The notes under the pieces are model-generated. The model saw only the letters and a list, made by a program, of their open reading frames with translations. It had not been told where the DNA came from and made no database searches. DNA of 32,000 bases from Wallemia ichthyophaga EXF-994. Lineage: Eukaryota; Fungi; Basidiomycota. Position numbers and translations under genes: made by a program. Of this stretch, positions 1 to 10,900 are shown piece by piece; position 1 is the stretch's first letter, and each line of letters starts with the position of its first letter. The stretch lies in the NCBI RefSeq assembly GCF_000400465.1, contig NW_008806278.1:412592-444591 (forward strand), read 5' to 3'.

Positions 1-41
1 CTTCTTCAAAACACAGCCATCATCACCAAATAAACAGAGGC

Positions 42-3000
42 ATGGACATCGCCCATCCAATCAGCTCAAAGCCCAAGAGCGTCTCCTTTGGGTTTTTAAC
101 GACGGACGAGATAAAGAAGATTTCCGTGAAGCAGATTGTCAACCCGAATCTGTTGGATAACACGGGAAGACCGACAGCTGGGGGATTGTACGATCCAGCG
201 CTGGGACCGTCAGATAGAGGGGATATGTGGGTACTTGTACAGTGCCAGTGATTCCCCCTCTCACGCCTTCCACAGCTGCGCCACTTGCGGATTAAGCTCA
301 TTCAATTGCCCAGGACACTTTGGACACATAGAACTACCCACTGTCAACTACCACCCACTATTCTTCAACCACTGCTTTAATATTCTCCGTGGCGTGTGTT
401 TGTACTGCCACAAATTCAAACTTGATCCTGCGGTGGTGCGTGGATTTGGAGTGGTATAACAGCAGCTAACAACAATTCCCAGGTCGCCAGATACGTCGCT
501 AAACTCGCTCTCCTCGACTATGGCTTGCTCGATGAGGCTGAGCAAGTCGACCTCATTAAGCGTGGCGTTACTGACGCTGACGACGAAGAATCTGCTACCA
601 AGCTATCCAAGAAAGCCCTCAAAGCCCTCGAAAAGGATCGCGAGCTTGACGCGTACAAGGATAGAGTCAATAGCTGGGTTAGGTTCAACATTCACAAGGC
701 TCACCAATCTGGTAAGACAAGGGATGAATACAAGTCTGGCTTGGTCTACCAGACTAGGAAGAGACTTTTCCACCAACTATTCAAGCAGATGTACAGAAAG
801 AAGTGCGACAATTGTTCCGCTTACGCTCACGCTTTTAGAAAGGAAGGCACCATTAAAATTATTGAGTATTCACTTACTCCGAAACAAGAAGCTCATCACA
901 GCGCTCTCAACTTAAGCAGACCTGATGTTCTCAAAGAACAAGCTGCTGTTGATAAGAACGCAAGAGATGCTCTTAACGAACAATCCACTGCACACACTCA
1001 AAACGCTAGTAGCAGCGATGGCAGTGATGACGACAGCAGTGAGAGTGAAGGTGAGGGTGACGACACTCACTCCAATCCTCCACACTCTAATCAAGACCAA
1101 AACAACAATCTTGACGCTGACGCTGACGAGGAGGATGATATAGCCGCTCTCAAAGCAAATAACAAAGCAAACGCAGCTGCTCTTAAAAGAAGTGAAAGAG
1201 TCATGCCAGCTTCAGAGGTTCAAAGTCATTTGCACCGTCTCTTCCAGAACGAAAAACCTCTCGTTTCAATCATTTTCTCACGTCATGGTCCTTTCCCTAC
1301 TAGCGAAGCTATGGCCGATATCTTTTTCATGTCTGCCATCCCTGTTCCACCAACTCGTTTCAGACCTGCTGCACGTATGGGCGATGCTCTGATGGAACAC
1401 CCTCAAAATGAGCTTCTCGGTGCTGTCCTTCAAACTTCTTTGAGAATTCGCGACTACAATAATGAAATGTCGGCACTTAACGACAAAGAGTATGCTCAGA
1501 CTATGGCCAACAACAGTAGCCTCGGTGCCGATGGTGTTAAAATTATCAGAGATAGAACCTACCAGAGACTCCTTGAAGAACTCATCACCCTCCAACACGG
1601 CGTAAACTCATTTATAGACTCGTCAAAGAATCCCGCACGTCTTCCGCAAGGTCGCGAACCAACACCTGGTGTCAAGCAAGTACTCGAGAAGAAAGAAGGT
1701 CTTTTCAGAAAGCACATGATGGGTAAACGTGTTAACCACGCCGCTAGATCGGTCATCTCTCCAGATGTCAACATTGAGACGAGTGAAATCGGTGTTCCAC
1801 CTGTATTCGCAAAAACTCTCACCTACCCTGAGCCAGTAACCGCATTTAATGTGTCTTACCTTCGCAAACTCGTGATTAATGGTCCAAAGAACTATCCAGG
1901 AGCCAGCATGATTCAGTACGAAGACGGCAGAATGGAGAGTCTCGAGAAGAAGTCTCAAGAGCAGAGGACAGCAATCGCAAACCAACTTCTCACCCCATCC
2001 AACAGACCAGATAATCAAAATAAGATGACAACACGTACTACGTCTATAAACAAGAAGGTCTTTAGGCACCTGAGAGATGGTGACCTTTTACTGCTCAACC
2101 GTCAACCAACTCTCCACAAACCTTCTATGATGGCTCACAAAGCAAAAGTTTTGCACGGCGAGAGAACTATTAGAATGCACTACGCTAACTGCAAATCCTA
2201 CAATGCTGACTTCGACGGTGACGAGATGAATATGCACTTTGCTCAATCAGCCATAGCCAAAGCTGAAATGAAGTTTATTGCAAACAACGACAGTCAGTAT
2301 TTGGTACCTACTTCAGGTAAACCTTTGCGTGGTCTCATTCAGGATCACGTCGTTGCTGGTAGTTGGATGACTATGAAGTCGACCTTCTTTTCGAGAGATG
2401 AATACCAGCAACTACTCTATGGTGCACTCAGACCAGAGAATGACTATACTGGCGGTGGTCGTGTTCATCTCCTCCCACCGGCTATTTGGAAACCTAAGCC
2501 ATTGTGGACTGGTAAACAAATCATCTCTACAATTTTACAGAATATCACTCCAGCTAACGCTCGTGGTCTCAACCTTGAATCTGAGTCGAAAGTTAAAGCT
2601 GAGTATTTGCCAGCTTGGGGATCGAATGAGAACAAAGTTGTTATTTTGGATGGTGTAGTTTGCTCAGGTATCATTGATAGCTCTCAATTCGGTACATCCT
2701 CATATGGTCTTGTTCACTCAGTTTTTGAGTTGTATGGATCAGATATCGCTGGTAAATTACTCTCCATCCTTTCAAGACTTTTCACTAAGTACCTCCAACA
2801 TCGTGGTTTCACTTGTAGAATGGATGATTTGATCTTGACGGACGATGGTAACAAGGATCGTGACAACATACTTCAAAGTACCAAGGGATATGGATTTGAA
2901 GCGGCCATTGACTCTATTGGATTGACCAAAGAGCAATCTGAAGGATCTGAAGGTAAACGTAATGTCCTGATGCGTTTGGAGGAGGTTTTGCGTGATGATG

Positions 3001-5492
3001 ATAAATTGGCCATGATGGACCAGGCATCTACATCCAAGAATGAACAAATCAAGTCACAGATTCTTAAAAAGACGTTACCTAACGGACTTTGGAGACACTT
3101 CCCATCTAACCACTTCCAAGCCATGGTTCTTACAGGTTCCAAGGGATCTGCGGTCAACGCTTCTCAAATTTCTTGTCTGTTGGGTCAACAGTCACTTGAA
3201 GGTCGTCGTGTACCAGTCATGGTATCAGGAAAAACTCTTCCTTGTTTCAAGCCATTCGAAACTGATATGAGAGCTGGTGGTTTCGTAGCTCAACGTTTCT
3301 TGACTGGTATCAGACCACAAGAGTACTACTTCCACTGTATGGCTGGTAGAGAAGGTCTGATTGATACCGCTGTCAAGACTGCAAGATCTGGATACTTGCA
3401 GAGATGTTTGATTAAGCATTTGGAGGGTATCAAGGTGCACTATGATCATACTGTTAGAGATTCCGATAACAGTGTTATTCAATTCCAATACGGTGAGGAT
3501 GCACTCGATGTTACTAAGCAAGTTTACCTTAATAAGTACAACTTTGCTGTGAAGAACTACGACAGTATGATGAGGAAGTACAATCCAAAGGCACTGATTG
3601 GCAAGGTTGATGAGGAAACTGCTGACACACACATGAAGAAGGCCCTCAAGAAGCCATACAAATATGCGCCAGCATTGTCAGAATTTTCTCCTTCAGTTTA
3701 TCTCGGTTCTACCTCGGAGAAGTTCGCAAAAGCATTGGAAGAGTACGCTGAGAACAATCCAGATGGTCTACTTGTTCCACAATCATCAAAGAAGAGCAAG
3801 GTAACCGATGCTGAGATTGAGATTCTCACCAAGAAACTCAAGCAGCAGGGTGGTGCTATTGCCAAACCTAAGCAATTCAAGAATCTCTTGAAGACTGTCT
3901 ACGCTCGTAGTTTAGTAGAACCTGGTGAAGCCGTTGGTTTGTTGGCCTCTCAAGGGTAAGTGGGGTTCTTCCTACATTTTCCAAGACACTAACCGGCTAT
4001 ACAGTGTTGGTGAGCCTTCAACTCAAATGACGTTGAACACATTCCACTTTGCTGGTCACGGTGCCGCTAATGTTACTCTTGGTATTCCTCGTCTTCGTGA
4101 GATTGTCATGACGGCGTCAGCTCAAATCAGGACCCCAGTGATGAAGTTACCTGTTTACGAACACATCACTGAAGATGAGATGAAGGTGTTTTGTAAGAAC
4201 CTCAACAAGCTGACTCTTGCGGAGTGTGTAGATGATGTAAGGGTAATTGAGTCGCTCTCTTCAAAGACGCCAGAGAATGGCTTCTCTAGACGCAAGACAT
4301 ATAACGTCCACCTCAAGCTTTACGATCCTGCTGAGTACAGTAAAGAGTATAACGTAGAGCCAATCGATATTAGCTACGCAATCAGAAGATTTTCGGCCAT
4401 TTTGGATAAGGAGATCACTATCGAATTGCGTAAGGTGACTAGAGAACAAACAGGCTCAGCTGCCAATATCGGCAGAGGACAGAAATTGAGAGAAAAGCCG
4501 GGTGAGAATGAAAACAACGAGGATGAAGACGCACCTGTGAGAGAAACGCAGAAAGGAGATGATGAAGTTGATGAAGGAGATGCTGAGTCACGCAAGCGTT
4601 CTGAGAAGACTAAGGAGATAACATCATACTCTGATGAAGGCGAGTCAGATGAAGAAGAGAACAAGAAGGATAACGAAGATCACGTGGGTGATTCAGACAA
4701 TGAATCTGATATACAAGATGATAGTGAGCGTCAACGCAAACACTCAAAACAGCTCGGTGAGAAGCTTTCACAACTTGAGGATAAGATTGTTCAAACTTCT
4801 CACTACATGACTAAGCTAGAGTGTGACCGTGAGGGTGGATATGTCGACTTTGAGTTAGAGTTTAGCAGTAAGGCACTTAAGATGTTGCTTGTCGGTATTA
4901 TCGAGAAGGCTTGTCGTAAGACTGTTGTTCGTGAAGTCCGTGGTATCTCTAGAGCGATTCTCCTTGATAAGGAGAAGAACAAGGATGGTAGCACCAAGAA
5001 GCAAAGATCGATACAAACTGAAGGTGCAAACCTTATGGGTATCAGAGGATTTGGACAAGACTTTATCGATCTCAATCAGCTCTACTGCAACGACATTGAT
5101 GCAATTAGACGTACTTATGGTGTGGAAGCTGCTCGTGCATCTATCATTAATGAAGTTGCTGGTATTTTCCAAGTCTATGGTATCGGTGTTGACTTTAGAC
5201 ACTTGGCGCTGTTGGCTGATTACATGACATATGATGGAGGATACAAGCCATTTAATAGGGTGAGTGGGGGTGATATTAGCGAGGTTCTTAGCTGACATGA
5301 CTACAGACTGGATTATCTGGCTCACCAAGTCCACTGCTGCGTGCATCTTTCGAGACGACAGCGTCTATTATCGCAGAAGCAGCGTTGTATGGTGACTTTG
5401 ACGATATGAAGTCACCAGCGTCATCTATAGTAATGGGATCGGTACCAGAAGTTGGAACTGGATTATTTAACGTTGGAATTGCGAACAACTGA
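42..5492 (+). CDS. RPA190: DNA-directed RNA polymerase I largest subunit (A190). Exons 42-226, 276-435, 483-3955, 4005-5259, 5307-5492
   Basis: Zn-finger CATC...[11 protein letters not shown]; catalytic [10 protein letters not shown]; [15 protein letters not shown]; LLNRQPTLH; [20 protein letters not shown]; [16 protein letters not shown]. Four GT-AG introns of 49, 47, 49 and 47 nt join the ORF pieces in frame and end at ...[12 protein letters not shown]. Confidence 0.97.
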
Positions 5493-5578
5493 GACAACTG
5501 AAACAAATGAGAATATTTAATGTATTTATAAAAAATAACAAATGAATAGATTTTACTGGAAACTATCATGGAGTTGAG

Positions 5579-7269
5579 ATGAAATTCAATTGGATTTTGT
5601 TTGTTTCGAGAGCATTAGCAGAGCTGCTGAGTACACAAGACATAGCAGATAATCAAAGCTGCCAGAAACCTGAATTCTGTATAGCTAACGATACGATATT
5701 CGATGTTGAGCCACGGATTGAGCCAGGCTCAGAATTGGCAACACAGGTCAACAATTTTGATATAGAAATACTCTCAGAAATCAATAATTTAGATTTTATA
5801 CCAACATCCACACCTGCACCACTCCCAATTCCAACTTCACCGCTTAAAGATAGATTCAATCATGCTTCCTCTGATTGTGCAGCTGTTATTTTGCAGTCTA
5901 CACCAAATTCATCTGGTGCTTCTGCCATTTTATCTGAAAAGAAGGATAGATACATGCTGACGCCATGCAACACATCAAAGCGTTGGGTTATTACAGAACT
6001 CTGCAATGAAATACGTATTGATACAATCGTATTAGCAAACTACGAATTCTTTTCCGGTGCTTTCAAAAAGTTTAGAGTTAGCGTTTCCCGCTCATGGCCA
6101 GTCTCTGAGGAAGGTTGGTTGCCTGTAGGTGAATTTAGAGCAAGGAACGTTCGAGGTGTTCAGACTTTCCAACTACCACGACCTACACCTGATTTCTATA
6201 GATATTTGCGCATTGACTTCTTGGATCATTACGGAAACGAGTACTACTGCCCGCTATCTTTACTTAGAGTTTACGGTGTTGATCAGATGGAAGCATTTAG
6301 ATTGGAGGAAGATGTGGAATCTACCAATAAGGTTAATGAAGAAACACCTGCTGTCTTTCACGATGATTTCCAAGATTTGCATAAGTTCTTGGAAAGTTCT
6401 CAATTTCAAGACGACATTTATGCGTCTCCTGAGGAGATTGAAGCTTTTGAGAGGACATTATATCAAGAGGATTCTTATTCACCAGCAGATCCTGCCCCTG
6501 TACCACCTGTACCACCTGTACAACCTGTACAACCTGTACAACCTGCACAACCTGCACAACCCGCACAACCTGTCAAAAACGGTAATGAGACTGAAAACGG
6601 GGAATTTGAATCGACCAGGTCATACTCCCCTCAGTATCAACAGCCTCAGAGAACGCCGTCGCAGGTAAATGCCGGTGAATCGATTTATAGAACCATCAAC
6701 AAAAGATTAGCGACATTGGAAGCTCAGTCACAAATGCTTAGCAGGGCTCTCAAGGATTCAAGACTTGCTCAGAGGGGCCTAAGTGGTAAAGTCGAGTCAC
6801 TTGCTCTGAGAAATGAAGTACGACTAGCTGAGACTATCAAGGTCTTAGATCAGTCACACAAGGAAACACAAGACGAGAGAGATAGATTAAAGTCAGAAGT
6901 TTCTTATTTGACATCTGAGGTAGGTGTTAAAGATATGCGCAGGCCAGTCTAACACTGCTCAAGGTGATGGTTGGGAAGAGATTGAGTATCGCTCAGATTG
7001 TTATATTGCTGGCAGTGGTATGTATCGGTATAATAACACGCGGGTCGACAACGACGATACGACCGCTGAAAAGGAGATTTAGACGGGATACATCGCAAGC
7101 CACGCCAATGCAGAAAAGTACATCACTACCTCAGGGTGAGTATAAACCAAACTCAACAAGGTCTAGGGCTGCTTCCGTTCAAGGACTCAAATTGCAGCTC
7201 GATGGGGAGGATAAGGACAATGAACAATTTAATGCGAATCTGCCTGCATTCGTACATCAAAAGACTTGA
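5579..7269 (+). CDS. SLP1: SUN (Sad1/UNC)-like domain ER membrane protein, Slp1 type. Exons 5579-6919, 6964-7269
   Basis: N-terminal signal peptide; RFNHASSDCAAVIL...ILSEKKDRYMLTPC...ELCNEIRIDTIVLANYEFFS...HYGNEYYCPLSLLRVYG; coiled coil; C-terminal transmembrane segment after a 44-nt intron (6920-6963). Confidence 0.88.
6496..6574 (+). repeat. In-frame 9-bp tandem repeat (cctgtacca/cctgtacaa/cctgcacaa, about 9 units) encoding PVP/PVQ/PAQ
   Basis: Read directly: cctgtacca x2, cctgtacaa x3, cctgcacaa x2, cccgcacaa, cctgtc. Confidence 0.9.
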
Positions 7270-7450
7270 TGATATTTAACACCTTTAAAAGTTTTGTTTC
7301 AACAAGCCATTAGTTTATTTTACTTGTGTTGCTTTTGCTAGCGTGGGATGCAAATTTTCACTTAGTGTAATAGAATGTTTACGCAAAGTGTAAGCTCAGC
7401 CAACTATCTAACAAAGTCATATAAAACGTCTTGATTTCACATCGTTACCA

Positions 7451-8336
7451 ATGCAGACCAAGATGTTCACATACAGCAAACACACGAAAGACACCAAGCT
7501 CGACACACTAACCAAACATCAGAAGCTTAGCTTCGAGTGTTTACCAACAGAAGTACAAAAAATGTTCTAGTGGATGTTGACTTGATGACGCTTAAGATGG
7601 TATCACTCGTGAACAAGTCATTGCGCAATCTGGTAGCAGATGTACTCTTTGCTTACGTCAGTGTCGACAGCAACACTTCAGAGATGCAGCCTGGCCAGAG
7701 CTACTTCAGACTGACGAGGGGTAGTGTTAGGTGTGTGTTGGATGCATACTCATACGACGCTACTAACAATAGCAACCCAACTCAAGACATTTGCACCTCG
7801 CCTATCCGAAAACGCTGGTGGACTCGAATGTCACTAAGCGCTGCCTACCCATATCTCAAATGACCAAGCTGAACAGTTTGCACATCAACCTCCGCGAGAT
7901 GCTCTATGAGTTGGAACTGGCAGCGGCAGAAGAGGTGCGAGAGAAAGAGCTAGCATATGGGAAGCACAACCTGATAGACTATATCCCACAATCCAACTCA
8001 GTCAAGGAGCTTACTCTCGTAGTCAACTCCCTCAATGACTTTCATTTTCATAAGTTTTCCATCCAGCAGCTTATAAGCAAATTTGCACACCCACTCACTC
8101 TGGTCATTGTTAAGGATATAGAAAGTGAGATAGACAGGTATGTGCTTATGGACTTCACCCAGCCTTTTCAATTTGCCAAAGTAATCCTGTGCGAACTGAG
8201 GAGCTCGGTCGTTTTTCTAAAGACAGCGTTTGAGGAAGTCGGAGGTAGTGGGGTGTTGTTTGAGGTGAGCTTTATGAGGGGCTTGGAGATATTGCGCAAG
8301 ACTTACTACTCGACGGCATTTGTGGTGAATGAGTAG
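7451..8336 (+). pseudogene. F-box-like protein interrupted by an apparent 1-nt frameshift in A6 (7557-7562); probable intron about 7726-7772. Either a pseudogene or a sequencing error
   Basis: The frame from ATG 7451 reads ...LSFECLPTEVQK then stops at 7568-7570. The frame of ORF 7537 continues NVLVDVDLMTLKMVSLVNKSLRNLVADVLF. Joined, these give an F-box-like motif. A CTAAC...AATAG acceptor at 7772 links to ORF 7791-8336. Confidence 0.55.
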
Positions 8337-8467
8337 GTCATTCTATTTCAATTCTTTTGCTATTCCTGCTGCTGTTGCTTTGCTGTACTATAATGTGTGC
8401 ATCTTTAAATTTCAGTCGTCCTCTTACTCTAATATAATCACATACATAGCTACAACAAATGCAAAGA

Positions 8468-9736
8468 TCACGACGACTTCCATTCAAACACATCGGTAAT
8501 GTCGCCCTGTATCTCTAGCTGCTTGAGCTGTATATTAGCGTTAGATTCGACGACGCTCCTCACGCGACTCCATAGCTTTTGTCGCTTAGCCGAGGAGTGG
8601 ATATCTGAGAGCGCATTGTCTCTGATCTGTTCGGGAATGACGTAAGGCGCCATGGTTGGATCGTGCATACTTTCGACCATCTGAGAGGGGTGTGAGTATA
8701 CGTAAGTGTGCTAATAATCTTAACCAAAGCAACGCACCCTCTCCCGCACATGTTCGATCGTATACTTGACCAATTCTTTCACTCGTTTCTTCTCTGCCGT
8801 CGCGCGTCTTATTTTCGTCAAAGCGAAGGTGTATCCGAGGAAAAGGGCGACCAAGGTGCAGAATTCGAGGCGCCATTTCCTAGCAATAGAGGACAGTTTC
8901 AGCCGGAGTCTGCATCCGAGACTGATTTGAGCATTACGAGCAATGAGGAGGTTTATACTGAGAGAGGTGTTAGTATGTGAGCGTTTAGCGTCTTAAACGT
9001 GATTAAATGTATCAAACGCTTAAATGTAATACTCACCCATTATCCCTCCTCACAGTGTCTATTTCCTCATTATCGACCAGATCCTTCACAGCCAATTGGT
9101 AAATATCGTCGAACTCATCTTGAGAGATGGTCTTCTGTAACAAAAGATCAGATGAATAGGCAGTGAGTGTTCAGTTCAACTTACATCCTTAAGTGCCGAA
9201 ATAAAGGCGTAAACATCAACCTCGCTGAGTGAAAATGCGTCGATATCACTCAAACCCCTTTTACGCTTTAAATTACCACAAGTAACATCACCTCTATGTT
9301 TTTCAAGGGTGGATAAGAGGTGAACAGCGACATCTGCAGCCATTGCTCTTTTGTCTGAGTCAGGTTCGCAGCGAGGAGGGAAAGCGATAGGACCAGCGTA
9401 GGGCAATCCATTGAGGATATTCGAAAAGGGAAAGAATGAAAGCAGTGAGTCAGTGAGGATGAATTCTTGTGGGCAAGAAATGAGATTGCCTTGCTCGCAA
9501 AACGCGTAGTTTGGACATGGAGTGCATTGAGTTGGAATAGGTAGGAGAGAGTAGAAACTGTTTGGATCTTCTGCGTCGTTTGATAGGCTGACTAGCTCTT
9601 CAACACGCTGATCGACAATAGCGTTTGAAGATTTCCAGGTATCGCAGAAACCAAGTTCAACGCTTAACTGGCGATACTTCAACAGAAAATAGATAGAAAT
9701 TACGATTAAAGTAACGCGTATTAGAATTATTATCAT
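8468..9736 (-). CDS. Inner nuclear membrane Src1/Heh/Man1-family protein (MSC domain plus C-terminal winged helix; no N-terminal LEM/HEH found). Exons 9736-9185, 9134-9037, 8957-8738, 8680-8468
   Basis: TM1 then GFCDT...CTPCPNYAFC...SCPQEFIL...PPRCEPD...RGDVTCG; TM2; C-terminal LWSRVRSVVESNANIQ...GDITDVFEW. Introns of 50, 79 and 57 nt splice in frame. Confidence 0.82.
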
Positions 9737-9742
9737 TTTAAC

Positions 9743-10549
9743 ATGAACGTCCACGAGAACAACTTGGCTAGAAACGCAAATACAAAAAACTCAGTTAGGA
9801 ATAAGTCTAAAGCCAGTGCAAGTGAAAGAAAGCCTGCATTTAAAGCCGTATTAGAAACACCATATCAACTGAATTGGCCTTGTCCACCAACTTCAATTTC
9901 AAACGGTGTGCTTAAAGACATTACTGGTTCTTTTACGGATTTTAAAGCCAAATTTCCATCTGAATCAATAGCCAAAGGAATTTCTCCTGAAGAAAGGCGG
10001 AAGCTGCGAAGTGATAAGAAAGTTGAGAACAAGTCTACACCCCCACTCACTCCGCCTTCAACACTTATCGGTATAAACTCAGTTACACGAGACATTGAAG
10101 CTGGCTCTACATCCACTTCGCGTGTTGTACTCGCATGCAAAAGCGACGTAAACCCTTCACGCTTATTAGCCCATTTACCGATACAAATTGCAGTGAACAA
10201 CTCAAAGAACTCACACTCAATCGTACTCATTGAGTTGCCTAAAGGCAGTGAAGAAGCAATGGCAATAACCCTTAAACTCAAACGTGTGGCTGTCGTATCA
10301 CTCACAGAACAACACCCACTCACCGCGACTATACTACGCAGATTGGATGATATCCAAAAATACACACTCACTGCTCCTTGGCTGAACGGCGATCAGTTGG
10401 TGTATATTCCCACTAAAATTAATCAATTAGAGACTAGTATCCCTAGAGACATGCGCAAGGCTAAAGAGGAAAGAAAAAAGGTACAGGCTGCTAAGAAGGA
10501 GCGTATTAACGCATACAAACACCATCAATCTCTCAAACTCAAATCTTAA
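9743..10549 (+). CDS. POP3: RNase P/MRP subunit Pop3/Rpp38 family (L7Ae-like fold)
   Basis: KAVLETPYQLNWP; IGINSVTRDIE; VLACKSDVNPSRLLAHLP; LPKGSEEAMAITLKLKRVAVV; APWL; YIPTKINQLETSIP. Intronless 268-aa ORF. Confidence 0.75.
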   Translation: MNVHENNLARNANTKNSVRNKSKASASERKPAFKAVLETPYQLNWPCPPTSISNGVLKDITGSFTDFKAKFPSESIAKGISPEERRKLRSDKKVENKSTPPLTPPSTLIGINSVTRDIEAGSTSTSRVVLACKSDVNPSRLLAHLPIQIAVNNSKNSHSIVLIELPKGSEEAMAITLKLKRVAVVSLTEQHPLTATILRRLDDIQKYTLTAPWLNGDQLVYIPTKINQLETSIPRDMRKAKEERKKVQAAKKERINAYKHHQSLKLKS

Positions 10550-10900
10550 ATACACTTGTACTATTTGTAAAAATATTGATATCAAATATCGAATATGATT
10601 GGTTTTACAACATAAAATTGGATTCAATTGGATTATTTGGATGTTGAAATGAGTGAAAACTGGAAGCTGAGTGCTGAGTGCTTCAAGAAAGTTAAGAAAC
10701 CACTGCGGAGTGAGATATAAAGTTATTTAACCGTAATACTTGTAAACTGGTAAAGAAAGCGAAATGAGTAAGCGCAACAAGTGCGATAATAAAAGAATGA
10801 ATAGAGCATTTAATGATATATGCTACTTGGTTTTTGATTGCTTGAGAATATAACTTAGAGACTGCTATGCAAGATACTGTCATGCAAAAGACGTGCGACA

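Noticed and set aside
1010-1150. Acidic Asp/Ser-rich insertions in RPA190 (also about 4500-4730)
   Set aside because: Low-complexity acidic loops are normal in Pol I largest subunits, including the expander/DNA-mimicking loop region.
9865-10371. 168-aa antisense ORF within POP3 as a candidate for the missing Src1 N-terminus
   Set aside because: No HEH/LEM similarity, and no convincing splice path to 9736. It reads as an antisense shadow of POP3.
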